Positions 11,401 through 26,400 of a stretch of 64,000 bases of DNA are shown here, piece by piece; within the stretch, counting starts at the first letter, position 1; the number at the start of each line of letters is the position of its first letter. The notes below the pieces were generated by a model that searched no databases, had not been told where the DNA came from, and saw only the letters and a list, made by a program, of their open reading frames with translations. The stretch comes from Phoronis australis (Eukaryota > Animalia > Phoronida), in contig NMRA01000016.1 in the NCBI GenBank assembly GCA_002633005.1, forward strand, positions 223,396 to 287,395. Direction: 5' to 3'. A program made the position numbers and the translations under genes.

Positions 11401-14400
11401 TTAGTTATTTACTAGTGAGCTGATGGTCCACATTATCAATGGTCGCGTGCCTGGTCTCAGATAAGATGGTGGCAGACTCGTTATTACAAAATATCGCTAC
11501 ATTTTTTTTGTCCACGTATGTATGTATGTATGTGTGCATCATCATCTCTGTCTAGTCGTCCAGGCATCTGTACTTCCTAAACTCATTGGCGGATCTTCGT
11601 GAACTATATTCTTGTCATTGGACCTTGATTAATCTGCCTGCATGCTCATAAAATTCCAAGATACCATTGTCTCAGTTGCAACAGGGCTATTATCTTCATA
11701 AAGTGGATCCCTAGGGTCTGTTTTATCAAAGGTTGGAAGTCTGGCCTTGGCTGAGATGATTGTACATGTGTCTTCAATGTTTTTGGCAACCAATTCATTA
11801 CACTGATTTTATCTCAGACAACACTTCAGCAGTTGTTCGGAGCTTTTTTGGAAAAGTCTTTGATTTTGTTACGTGATCGTGCTTTTCTTTAATTGCTTTT
11901 ATCAATTCTTCAAGGAAGTTACTCAGCAACGTAATTAGGTTATGAAATATGTAAAAAAACTCAAAAATACTTCTATTGCCACAGGTCCTTGGTCGAGGGG
12001 GTCGTAGGTCATGGTCGAGGGAGTCGTGGGTCGAGGGGTCGTGAGTCGAGGGGGTTTTAGAACAATCTACGCTTCTGTCTGTTGCAATGTTTCATTCATC
12101 AAAAAAACGTAGCGTTGCCTTTGAAAAGAATGAGGCCACGTCTGCCTTAGCTATGACCGGATAAGACGTCCTCTTGTCAAATTTTATTTGCTTTACCATT
12201 CTCCAACATTATATTTACACTTATCATAGATCTACTTCTGTAGTCGGACACACTCCCAGCTGACTCAGTTTGTGCGTGAAGTGAAGAAGAGCCCATTTGG
12301 TGGAGATACTCGTGTAGTCTCCATTGGATCGCGACAGGTGAGTGCTCTTCAAGAGTGGGGTACAAAAAAGGGGTGTTGGAAAGCTTCCTGCGATGGACTA
12401 CCGTGTCATCCAGGTAGTGGCAAAAGACTCCCATCTGCTTACGCATACAGATCCTCTTGCTTTCTAGATTTTGATGGAGTTAGATAATAGGCTTGCAGTA
12501 GAGCTGGTGCAATCTATTCAGTACAAGTCTTGTGTTCAGGCTGGCTGTCAACTGGGCTCTTGTGTTCTGGCTACTACAGGGTATCATCTGAGGTTATTGG
12601 GCCTGGTTTGAGAGGGCCTTTCATACCAAGGTCAAAGCCAAGTATTTTGGGGGAGTGCTGTTCTATACGAACCACTAGTTTGGGTATTGGCTCAAAGTTA
12701 AAGGCGCAGTTAACTTGGCAATAGTCAATGCCAATAATGTCTCAAGATGTTGTATTTTTTAAAATTCAAATATTAGCATTTTATCTGATTTATTATCCAT
12801 CCATCTATGCAATGCTTCAACTTTAAAAAATCACCTTGACGAAACTTTTTCGGAAAGTCGTCTTACAATAACTTGGGTGACCCATGCATCCATTACGTAT
12901 CTCTTGTCTTGTTTCAAGTCTAGACAACAGTGGTTTCCAATCTAGATATATCAATCTAGTCCGTTGTGAAGTGGTTGTAATCTCTGTTGTCCACGTCACA
13001 ACTCACATGCAAATCTCTACCACGATGAATATATTTAAAAGGTGAACACATCTGTCCCAAAATACTGGTCAACAAATCAAATCCAGTTAATACATCGTGT
13101 TTGAAAAACTGTTTGTGTAGGCATGGAGTTTATCCGGCACATTTGTCTTGCAGTTCTTTCTATTCTTGACATCCTTTGTTTGCAAATGCCTTGTGAAAAG
13201 TATCTTCAAAAATGCTCGATCGTGAACTTGCAACTCGGATCGACACTGTTTTTTCAAACAGTCCTGTTTACCTTGTACATGGACTCAGTTACTTGGCTTA
13301 TTTCAATATTTCAATACGTTGGAGATTGTTCGCTATGACTGGTTTATACAAAATGTCCAACGTTATTTACTGCGAGGAAACCTTGTCAAGAAATAACAGG
13401 TGTCGCATATGTGTATGGATTCATTAATAGATGAATCATATTTGTATTTGAGTCCACACATTAAATATTACCAGCCCATCTTAAATAAAAGTGCTGATTT
13501 TCTGTTAATTAAAACTGACGTGCTACGATTAGGTGATACTCGATTGCACAGCTCTGAGCTGTCAGTAACACTTGTGGTTAGATATCTGATATAAAAGAGC
13601 GACCCTTGGAGATAGTATTAATTGGTTACCTTCATTATGAAATGTCACAGATTTTTTAAATAATTATTATTATTCGTGTATTATTGAAGTCCTTTTTCAT
13701 CGCTGAAACAAGAATGCAAGTGTTATACTGCGCTATTCAAGAGCCACGTATTTTGTGTCATATTCTTACAGATTTTTAGAGGAATCATTTAAGGTCGGTG
13801 CATGATTTATTTTGAAATACTGCTTGACATCAACTTTTGTTTTCAGAACATGTGTGTTAATGACACTGTCAAAAAGTTGGGGTCATTGAGTTTGATAAAT
13901 GATCGTTGCCTGGAGATGCAAAAATCAAAATCAGGTGAGTCTGTTTTGTAGAGTGCTTCTTTGTAGGTTCAAAAGACTTGCGATCCATTTACACAATAAT
14001 GTAGTTTTCAAAAATATATTGTCTGGCACTGCAAGTAATTCACTTTTTAGTGGTCTACTCTTATTGTATGGATTGAACTAAATGTATATCAGTGATCATT
14101 AAAGGTGTATTGTTATTATAATGTTTTTTAACAAATTTGAACATTTATCAAGCACAAAATATTAAATAATAAAATGTTGCAATAGAATGGCTGGATATTT
14201 TGAAATGGCTTCACTATCGATGGCAGTAATGGGATGGGAAGAATTATGATATTACAATCTGTTATTGGGGAACTTGAAATTCACAAGAAATATTGACCAT
14301 GCACCATGATAAAGGGTTTTGTTCTATAAAATTGTGAACGCGAATACATGAATTGATCCTGTAGCGAAAATTGTCGTATGTTCAGTGTTAGCAAACATAT

Positions 14401-17400
14401 TCAGATGCACAGTACATTCTAACAATACATTTGGGTTGTGTTGTTGTTAGAAGGTATTCTCTCAACCGTATTCCCTTCTTGGTTCCAAATACCACTGCTC
14501 ATCCACGGTTTCAGTCCTGTCAGTTACTTGGTGCACACAACACATGTAAGTTCACGTCCTTGCACATAGTTTGGACATGGTAGTGAACCACACTGCGCCT
14601 CCACAATGTAGAACAGTGCTCCGTTGTCATCACTAGTGCCAGAGGGCGCCACCTCCGGTGCCCCATCCATGCAGTCGAACGAGGAGCGTTGATGGTTGAA
14701 ACGCTCCGCGGTGAGGTATCCATTGTATTCCATTGTCCACGATGCGGGACATTCTTTGCGGGCGGGGATCATGACGAGTGAGGCCCGCGGTGCATGACAC
14801 ACAACACATGGTACGTCTTGATCGTGTAAACTGCTTCCCTTAGTGTTAGCGTTTGAGAAGATTTTTGTGTCATATGTCTGATACTCAGCTCCAAATATGT
14901 ACGCCATTACGGTAGATTTCTTCAGCCCATCTTCATATGTGCCCCATTGTGGATTTTGAGGAAGACACAGCTTGTTGGCCCCACCTCCAGAGTGACTGTA
15001 GTGGGAACCAGCTGCGATTCCCTCATAAACAATTTTGGCTGTAGATGGACACGTGGTTCGTCCCCATCTCACGTACACTGATCCACCTGTCCCATTGTTA
15101 TTTTCTGTCGTCTTCACTGTCCCAGTTTGACTTTTGAAATGTTGCAGAATGTCTCGCAGTTCTTCACCTGTTATCCCATCATATCCTGGCGGTCCCTGGG
15201 GTCCGTCCCTACCGTCGCGTCCGTCTTTCCCATCACGCCCAGGAAGCCCTTGGAGACAAGATGTTAGTTGAACCTCGTTGGCACCTGCAGTCCGTTTGAC
15301 CCGTGCCACAGTTTGGTCCCCGCTCTTTCTGTATGTGGTCTTGTTGCTACCATCTCCCACCTCTACTGTGTATGACGGTGCCTTTTGAGCCCTCATCCAA
15401 TGGTGAGTTGCTTTGATCTGTCGCCCATGATCCTTCACCTCCTTGTGCAAGATGTGTTCCCTGTGTCTGACTCGGTGTGTTTCTGCCTTCATGTCGATCA
15501 CCTCTTGTCTCAACAGTCTCACTTCATTCAGCAGGTGGATGACCATCGCAGCACTAGCCACACTGACCACCAGCACTACCAACAGGCTGACCACCAACAG
15601 TACTCTGCTACCATTGCAGCCTCTGCTTGACTGTCCCTCTTGGTATTTTTGACTAGCACCCATCTCCAACTCACTGTACTTCCACTGGACACATTTGAAT
15701 GTCTTATCACTTGGTGTCTGTACTTTTGAAGCATATTCCATTGCTTGTTCAGGGAGGGAGGCAAGGGGGGCTGGGTTTGTTTTTGTTACAACAGCATTCT
15801 CTTAAGGAACCTACCATTAGCTGTACAAGGGACATGGACATGTGCTAGTGCCATGTTATCATCAAGCGTTATTAAGGTCTTAGAAAACGTCTTTTACTTG
15901 CAATTCTAATGCAGTTACTTTCACCTGTGTTGGGAGGGTATGTAATACTATTAGTTATATTTTATCAATCGTAATTATCAGAACCCCTCTGTGTACAGAA
16001 GTAAACAGGATTGACCTATCATCTGTTTTGTTTGTATTCAAAGTACAGTTTTGTATTGGAATTCCTGGATTGATAGCAGGTCATATTTGACTGTGGATAC
16101 TTTTGCAAGCTGCATTGACCTAAACCAACAGAAAACATTTAATTAGACTAAGTGTAAACATGTTTAACAAAAACCCCGCCGGAGCACTTTTAAGACATTG
16201 CCACCATCTACAAGTAAACAGCACTTGGCTGAGATTTGCAAATTAGCCAATTTGAAAATGATTCTCTATTCTCTTAGTTTACCTGAGGTAGTTTGAGTCA
16301 CTGAGTCACTTGAATTTTGTTTGTTATGGCCATATGTTGTTTTAATAATAACACGTCAATGGCATATTTTTTGTTTGTTCACAACCTTACTATTTACCGT
16401 AAGCGAGGACGAGGACGTTCATTTGAGATTACAGTCAATAAAGTCGAGTGTTTAATTTACTGTTTGTGTCATATGACTGCATAGTATGACCTCTAGCTGG
16501 CCTCAAGTCTCCACAGTCTTTGTGAAATTTAATTGCCATGTTCTGATCTCAAGCAGTTTGAGGCGCACAGGTAATGGAAAAATGGAATTAAAAAACTGTG
16601 TTAATAAAAAACTTATCAACAAACAAAATAGCACTTGTGGTGTATCTTAAAATTTACTGTATGTAATGTATCCTGTTACATTATTTGGTGAACATAATAA
16701 AGTACCATTCTTTTTGATAATACTAGAGTAAAGATTTTTTTTTTTTTTTAAAGTATAGGTTTGTTTCCAATTTGTATAGTTTCTTTTAGGTCACAGTTGA
16801 CTTACGTTTATTGTACTTATTCCTTGTAGAGCGCATAGTTTGAAAAATAAGTTACAGTAATAATACTAGAAGTAATACTTGGAATGAAAATATTAGTTAT
16901 AATTACAACAGGTAATGGATAATATCATTAATTCTGGTAAACTGCTTGATGGGTATTTATAAATACATTTATGGAAATTCACTGTAGTTTCCTCTCTCTG
17001 TACTGGGGAATGATATCTGACTAGTTCCTGCGAATATTGCAGTGCCCTCTGTCAGTGTTCCTGGGCCCAACCATGTGGCCTGCGCACGTCTGATGCATCG
17101 CAAATGACTTCAGACCACCTGCACTATTTTTTTTTTTTAAATTTCAGTGATCTTGGAAAACAACAGCGGGGCTCTGGATCATTAGTGGGACCATTTTGAT
17201 CTAACACCACCTTATTCACAAAGGCTGTGTGGACAAAAACGAAGAATCCATCCCAGAATAGACTTAGTGGTGTCAGATTTCATTTTTTTGACTCATGGTC
17301 CAGGGCCCTGGTACACCTCTCCAGGAACAACACAGATGGTGGTGTAATTTTCACGGAAATCAGTGTCGTCATTCGCCAGTAGTTGCTAGTCGATTCTGCA

Positions 17401-20400
17401 ATTTCACAGAGAAATTGTATTGAATTTGGAGAGGTTTTAATTTAACCACGATAATACTGGCAAAGTTAATATATTATGTGGACACACCTTGAGTTCAGCC
17501 ATGAGATCTTGGTAATCAAACACAAGCTTAGTTGAGCCACCCCACATCATTTTTTCAGAGTCTAAAAATGAGGCCAAGAAAAGGAAAACAGTGGGTGCAT
17601 GTCCTTATTATAAACAAGACACAATGAATGAATTAAAGGACCAACTTTTGGTGAGTAATCTGTGAACGTATCATCACAGTAAAGCTTCTCCAATTCGGGA
17701 CGGTGAAAATTTTTAATTTTAATTTTAATTAAAATTGTTTTGCTAAAGGCTTGCCCCAAATTCTAGAAATAGACAATTATAGCTATCCCAAATTCAAGAA
17801 GCACTAGAAAGACAGCAAATTATCCACTCTGTAGATTGAAAACACATTGTCTGAAATTTTAGAAATCGATATCTCCAAAATAGTCCTTTTCCAAATTCCA
17901 GAATCTAAATCTATTTTTGGGTGAGTTTCCATGTACCCAATTTTGTAGATTTTTACCGTTATTTGCTGCAGGGGTTTTAAGGTTACTTGTCCCAGTTGGC
18001 GTGTGTAACTAACCACAGCTTAACAAAAGTCTTATGGCCTTGGCTGTGAAAGTACTTGTTATATTACTCACTATGGGTTTTGAATATGTCAGCCTGGAAT
18101 GAAACGCTATGAGTTAGGATCTTACTCAAAGTGTAATGCGTGTCTCTAACATTTGTATGGTTCCTGGCAAAGTTGTTGAAAATAACGAGAATTACCCCAG
18201 TCCTTGGCAGCTTATAAAGAAATGTGTGTTGATTGACTTGTTCAATCAAACTTTACCATTGGTTTGTTAAATATGTGATCCACATTGTGTAACAGTTCAA
18301 CAATCATTCTGCTAAAATTGTCATTTTTTGTATTTCATGGACTGACTACCTTACATATATGTAAACAAATTTCGACAGGCCTTCACTACAAACCATGCAA
18401 ATAACTAAAAATTCCTGTATGTTCATTCTTGTTGAGAAGTCGGATGGCATAAAAGTTCTCAATTTTCTCCATTTTTTATGGTAAATAGGTTAAGATTTAC
18501 CGTGAAAAGATGTTATTTGCCTTTGCTTATTCAACTACCAGTTGACTGGCAATGATATTGATATTGATATGATGTCCTTGTCACATGCACAGGTGGATAT
18601 CCAAGACATAGAGGAGTTGTCCACCGTGGGTAAGCAGATGAAAGCCTGCCCCTATTACAGTACACGTTATGCAATACCAGAGGCACAGGTGAGATATTTT
18701 TGTACAGGTGTGAAATCAAACTTCTTTTTATTCACACAAATCTCGTTGTACAGTGGAGAACAAACTTGTTCGGTAAACAAAGAGCATTCCAAAAACCAAA
18801 TCCATCCACGAAACTTTAATAACTGTTTTAAAGACACGTTAGGAAGTTATATTAAGGCGAAGCTGCTGTGAATTCTCTTTCCTTGATACAAAATTGGTTG
18901 AGACCACTTGCAATTATGAAGTGGCTCTCAACTTGTTCCTGATCCAAATTAGTGGGGCTTGGAAAGAACCCCTTGTATATTGCCAGTGCTTTAGACTAGG
19001 TTCGATAAGTCGATTTGTCATGGTGCATCGTCTTATGTTGAGATTCCTTGTCCAGAATTCACTTCTTGTCTGCACAATTAACACATTTTATTTTGGCACA
19101 TGGTCTAAATCTAGTAGTTCAACAGAGCACTGGTTTGTAGCCACTTTTATTATGTGCTTCTGTTGCCTGGATGACTTGTGACTGTCAATGGTACTAGCAG
19201 CTGGGATGGCTTTTCCAAGAGAGAAAAGAGACTGGCCGTTTCAACCTCAGCTAAAGGAAAAATTTCAGTATCTGGCTCTTAAATTTCATTAAAACCTACA
19301 GGTTGCTAATTTAGTTCGATAAATATTCTGTCATAAATCAAGATCACTGTTTATTTCTGTCTATTTTGATCATAAATGTCTCACTGACTGTCGGCAAGTG
19401 CTGGCAGAAATGCATTTTGGGAAATATATAACTGTCTCATGACGTCAGTTTGACCTGTCATACGGAATTCCGCATATGGTGAGTGTCAGTCTCACAAATT
19501 TGGACGCCCCACTTTTAAAATCCCAGATGAGTACCTGTCAATGAGTATATAATTTTAAATTAAGACTGTACATTCACGTGTATCTCTTTCAGTTAGTAGT
19601 TCTGCCCTACAATACGCTGCTTCATAAGTCGACACGTGAGGCATGCGGCATCAAGCTAGCTGGTAACGTGGTGGTCATTGATGAAGCACACAATCTACTG
19701 GAAACTATTAACAGTGTATATAGTGTGCAGATCAGTGGAGCCGAGGTGAGGGGGCACTGCAAGTGCCTGGGGGGTGTTAATGTGGTTGTCACTGATAGCA
19801 CAGAATTAGTTGAGTTGAGCTGAGGTGAGGGGGTGCTGTACTGCTATGGGACAGAGGGGTTAAAGTAGCGATCGACCAGGAGTGTGCTCTCCCAAACAAA
19901 TTGTTTATTTCGAACACTTAACAGTTTAAATTTGATCTCAAATTGCTCTTTAATACTAAGCTTAGAAGTCAACTATGGGCTTGTGAAAAGCTGGTTCGAC
20001 TTTTGTTATTGGTTAAATCACGGCTCAATAAGTTTAGTCTTGACCCAGTATTGACCTTGACCTCTGGCAATAACAAGCTGTCAGGTGCTCCCAGGAGTCG
20101 TTTCAAATTTGAATAAGTTGAGACCATCAGTTAAAGTATTAAATCAAAAGAACGTGGACATGAGAACAAAGTGAAACTGTTCAGATTGACTTCTAACTCT
20201 AGTTGTGATACCATATGGTAGTCTCATGTGAGCTGCATTGCTTTGAAATCCATTGTATGGCTTCCATGTTGTCGCATCATTTTCTGCTAAGGGAAAATGT
20301 TATGCCTGTGTAACGTGTATTTGAGATCTGAAATTAATGCGCATTCCAGACCACTATATTCATGTGCCTGTGAATATCATATTTGCATAAAACCTTGCAT

Positions 20401-23400
20401 AGCCTGCCATCAGTTACTTATACGTGACACTAGTGGTCTCACTAACAATGCGAATAAATATAAATGCCATTAATGTGCTGCACTAGGAATAATTCATTCA
20501 ATAAACAGACCAATTATAGTTATTTTATTTTATTGTGTATTCATTAGTATTTATGCCGTGTAAGATAGTATTTTTCATTGTTTAACCAGCCCTGTAAACC
20601 AAACATGTGGTCGGAATGATTTTATTTGTCATCGATATTGGTCTAATTTACTACGTGTGCGCAAATCACATGTGACATGCGTCCATAGGTAACAAGAGCC
20701 CACAGTCAACTGGTGCAATATGAGGAGAAATACAGGAGTCGACTTAAAGCCAAGAATCTCATGTACATCAAGCAGCTGGTGTTTGTACTCAAGTCTTTGT
20801 TGATGTGTCTAGGAGGCAGGCCTGGGGTGGCGGCTGATGAACAGCACAATGATACAGAAGGTGGGTTCACTCTGCATATAGACACATGTAGGATCATTAG
20901 AATGATCTTTTTAGATTGAAAAGCAAAACAAAAGGTCTTGAGAATATGACAAGTGATGAAAATTGAAGGACGAGGGCGTAAAGGAGCGGAGGTAGGGGGA
21001 ACGACTGATTGTACACGTCACGTGACAGAGTAGAGTCTGACATAACATCCAAACTGTTTGGAAGCATAAAAATATGAATGTTATATTTTCTATGGTTTGT
21101 TGTGAGGTTTTTCCACATTCTCTATATTCCTCAAAGAACAACAGAACGATTTGTCTTGAAAAAGAAATGAATGGGCAATGGTCATCATGTGTTTAATCTT
21201 CAATGACAAAAACGAGCCATACTCAAGTTAGCCATGAGTTGTGTGTTGTTTGCAATTTTATTTTGACCACAAGTACTAGTTTTGACCCAACCAGGCATAG
21301 ATGCACCATGCTTGGTGTAAAAGTTGCACGAATAAACCTTTAGTGTTTTTGGAAAGATTTTGTATCTGATGATCTCCATGAAGTTGCAACACAGAGTTTC
21401 AAAAAGTACATTTAGTTTCTGCGCAATACAGCAAAAAATGAAACTTTGTTTTTTAGTTTTCTGATATTCTGTACATTTGTCATGAAACATGCTTTAACTA
21501 GTCTTTGAGTATGGGTATCTAACGTACATCTCATTTGAAATATGTATTAAATGGCAATTGGTTTTGTTCGAAAGTGAAAAATTCTTATCGTAGACCTGTT
21601 AAGTTTCATCACAAATCTTTCTCTTTAATGTGGTTGTTCAGTTTTTCAAGTATGCACTGCAACCCACCCAAGGCATGGGTTGTATATGGCACTATCTTTT
21701 GACTATTTTCAGTGCAAGACAATCGGACAAAATACCGTTTTCCCGTCATGATGGCTAATTCAAAAATACCAGGATGTAACTATTAGGGAAGCAGAATAGC
21801 TAAGTCTCCTTACTAAACTTTCCTGTTAATTCTCCTTCATTCTCGATCATCAGGGGAGACAACTCTGACAATGAATATGGCTTCTGGCAGCCATGATGGA
21901 TGGGAATTTTGGGTCACACTGAATACATTTGACTTGCACTGTATTTCTTGTACTTACAGATGCTGTCCTGTGGACTATAAACGACTTCCTGTTTAAGTGT
22001 CAGATAGACAACCTCAACATGTTCAAGCTGATCAAGTATTGTGAGAAAAGTCAAATCTCTAGGAAGGTTAGTCTTGTGATGCTGTGGCCCGCTTTATCAA
22101 ACGTTGTAAACCTGCTCATAAGCAACATATTGCAAACATGGCGCTGCGTTTTTTAGAAAAACTAAAATGTTACAATGGACGTTAAGTTGATAATTGTTTA
22201 TTTACCACGAAATCTGTTAATGATATGGGTGCAAATTGGAATCTAACGTATAACCATCTTTAATAGCTAAGACCGGGTTTAAATCCTTTAATGTAATTTA
22301 GCCACGGACACCAGGAGTGGATTCTCTAGAGTTTGATGCGTGAATCTCAAGGAGCGCATTAGTTTGATCATTCCTTGCTTATGAAGCGGATTAAATGTAC
22401 AATTTTATCCCATAAACAACCTTCTGTCTGAATGTTTTGTCTTTGCAGCATTTATATCTGAATGTCTTATGACATTTTAATATATGCAAGATACTGACTA
22501 GGCACCTTACGTTGCTATTGTTTCAGCTCCAGGGTTTTGTTGAAAAATACAACCCTAGTGTAGAAATCAAAGTTGAAACGAAGGTCAATGAAACTTCGCG
22601 TTCACGCATCACCCAATTCCTGTCAGAAATCACATCCAACAATGACAAGTCCTGTGTCACGCCAGCTGCGCCTGCTTGTGACGCACCCGAGGAAGACAAC
22701 CAGTGTATGAGGTCCCCTCTCATGCACATAGAGGGATTCATTGAGGCTCTCACTAATGCTGACAAGGATGGCCGGATTGTTATTTGTAAACAAGGTAACT
22801 TCCTGTGTTTTGTGGGTTTAGAGAGATGAGCTGAAGAGGGCACTGTGTGCTTTAGTAGCAGAGTGTATCTAAAGATGGTGTGTTCATATCCCACTTGACC
22901 TCACAGCCGAACTTTTGAATTGGTTTTATTTGTTCTCTAAATGATTGTATTGCAGCTGTAAATTATCATTGGTAAAAAATTGTATAAATCTATTATGTAA
23001 TGTATGGGTGTACTTTGAAAACAAGTTTTACAATATGCAAGATTTTAAATATGTAATGTATATGTAGAATATGTATTATTGAAATAACGTTCATGCACAG
23101 CTTTGTTCTGTGCAGAAATTTTTTCTATAAATGGGAAAACGGTTAACTATTGTATGACTCAATGTGCATTAGATGATGTGCCAAATAAAATGACTTCGAA
23201 TGCTTCATTTTAGTTGCAATTCAACCTTTACCGTGCCTGTGAGACAAATTTTCAATATTTTTAACTAATTTTTGGGCCAGCATAGTGATTTAGTCAGACT
23301 TGAAGTGATTAGGTTTTCACTTGACATTAGATTCTCTTATATTTACATTGCAGGTCTTGTAAGTCGCAGCAGTCTCAAGTTTGTATTGTTGAACCCTGCT

Positions 23401-26400
23401 GTTCATTTTGCTGACATACTCCATCAGGCACGGGCTGTCATCGTTGCCGGGGGAACCATGCAGCCTGTGAGTACTCAACTACTCAAGAGAGACATTGGGT
23501 TGTCCACAAAATGAGAAAACAAAATTGCAGTTGAGACGGTGTTATCAATTTAGAATCACAGGCAATTCAAAGTGTGATCCCGTAGACTTCTGACTGTTTC
23601 TGAGTTCATGTTGTAAAAATAGAAGAAAAATACTTACCCTTAACTCTTACTTTATGACTAAAACATTCAATCAAAATGACCAATCGAGTCAACTTACAAG
23701 TTTGTACTATAATTAGGCGACATGATTGGTTAAGTTGCGAGTTTGATTCTGAGTCAATTCTGAGTTCACATATTGGATGCTGTTCCCAGGTGTTGCATTT
23801 CAAAGGTCTGTCAACACTATGTTTCAACAAGGTTGACTTAATCCGAAGTTGCTATATTCCAACACTTGGTTCTTCATTTGAAACACTGTGTTACATTTGG
23901 TGCAATTCTATTGGAAGACAAATTCTGCCAGCATGTGTTTGTTGACTATAGTTTTCTGTGCCATATGCCAATCTCGAGTATAAATTATCTGACAAGCTCT
24001 TTCACTGTTGATTGTTTTAGGTTTCAGAGTTCAAGGACCAGCTGTTCATTGCCTCGGGTATCAAACCTGACAGAATCCTGGAATACTCATGCGGTCAGTT
24101 TTTGTAAATCGGCATTACGGTTCATGCCAAAAGTAGTTGGAGATTACTTGTTATGGGGAAACATGTCCTGCCATAAATCCATCATGATGCGTCATTCCAG
24201 CTTCGTACAGTACAAACCAAAAGTATTTGACAGACAAAATGACCTGGAATTCTCCATCATGGCAGCTGGACGGAAGCTGAATTTGTCGTCAGAGTAGTCT
24301 CCCCTGATGACCGAAATTGAAGGGAAATAGAGAGGAAAGTTGGTGTTTAGGTGGCTAAGTCATTCAATCCGTAATTAGAATTTTGCCTCAAAAATTTTCG
24401 TTATTAACAGAATCAATTGCCATGATAAAAAAGGGAATTTTGTCTGATTACTTTTTACTCTGATGATGAATCGTAATATCTAATATGAATTTTGCTATAC
24501 GTGTTCTATTTGAAGAGAATATCCCTGATATTGCTTTTGTGACGAGGTTGAGTACTGTGGGGTCCCTTGGTGACAATTTAGACTTTCCTTGTGCATGGAT
24601 CTATCAGGTTCCTTGATGGATGTTCACGAAATTTGGCGCATAAGTTTCTGTCAATGAGGAGACAGCCCTTGCCTTGTCTCAGATGAATTTGACTCATTTT
24701 CTGCCCCCTAGTGGCCTTTATTACATAGTACTAATATTAAACACCTCTTAGATGCAGTTTTTTGTGCAGTCATTGGCACATTTCAATGCTTTGTGTTGCT
24801 TGTGTTTGGTTATTATGAGAACATGTTCAATGCAAACTTCATATAAGGTATCTGTCTTGGATACTCCATTATTTTAGCTTAATAAAAATACAATTACCTG
24901 ACAGTAGGGTACCCTGTATAATACTATCACACCCACCTCTCACCCTAACCTATCTTCAGGTCATGTGATTCCACCCGACCATCTCTTGCCCATCTCATTA
25001 TCAACTGGGCCTACTGGAGTCAAGCTGGACTTTACATATCAGTCAAGGAAAGACAAGAACACAGTAAGAGACTGTTTGTGTGTGACTGCTGTAAGAGATT
25101 CTAAATGGCCTGCTAAGCAGCTACCACTAGTTTTTACATGGGTCATCGTCACAATGTGTGATTGATTTAAAATTTGCTCTGATTGAAAGGGAAACCTGCG
25201 TTCATTATATTCATACCAGTCCTCCCTTGATTTGAAATGTTTTCAATGTTTAACTCTTCCCCGAGTTGATAAAAGATCAGTGGAGTTGCAGTTGATCCAT
25301 GAACTACTCTAGCTTTATTTTATAAAGTTTAGTTTTGTAAGCACTGTGTGTTGTAAGATCATCACCTATGCATGGTGGTGACCTCTACTGGCACTTTTCT
25401 GTCGTCCTTGCTTTTTATTTAATTTGGAAGAATTCAGTTGTATTGTTGCCACTACTTCGTTGATGATAAACTCATCACCTAGGCAACACAATGCAGACCA
25501 AGTAAATATCTACCTGTTGTCACTTCCGTATTCATTTTAGCCTAAGTAGCTCTGCTGACAATCTCTCCTGTGATGAGGTCATCGCCTAGGCAATGCAACG
25601 ACTCTGCTCATTTCTGTCCATTATCACCTTTCGTTCGTTTTAGCTAGATGAGCTTGGTCGTGTGATGACCAATGTCTGCTGCACTGTTCCTGCCGGGGTC
25701 GTGTGTTTTGTACCATCCTACGACTATGCCCAGACTGTGTATACCTACTGGGAGTCAACGGGCTTCATCAACCGCATGTCAGCAAAGAAAAAGGTATGAT
25801 CGTAGCCTCTGAGATATTATGCAGCTCGTGTCACAAACATGCTAGGCGCTTCTGGACTTGGCTACGTTGTGGGTGGCCATGTAAATTTGCCCAAACATAC
25901 ATGTAGGAAATTCATGTTTTCATCCCCCAACCACCTTCAAGTTCATCCTGTCACCACCAGTTTAACCCCCAGTTTCACTGCTGGGGTTATCTCGTTCGTG
26001 TTCCAGTTCTGCTGCCTTGGTGGCGTTTAATAGCAAAGCAATTTGTATTTGGTGTCATTTTAAAATGTTTTGCAATATAATCCTGAGCTACCGATTTTGT
26101 TGAATTCTGAGATACGATCAAGGAACTACTTTTCTGTATCAAACGCATGTTTGATATGAAAGTCTGAAAGAAATGCAACCGTGAAATGCAGTTCAGCTAT
26201 GTTAAGTCATGCTTTGTCCTTTTTCAAATATTTTTGCTTATCACTTATCTTGATACAATAACCACTGGTAGAATCATATACATCTATTAAAAGAATACCA
26301 CACCCGGTTTTGGCCTATTAACAAATATTAAAAATGACTTTCCCATCCAGTTCACTGAAACAAAATGATGCTCCATAACTCTCGACAACCTTTAAAAGTT

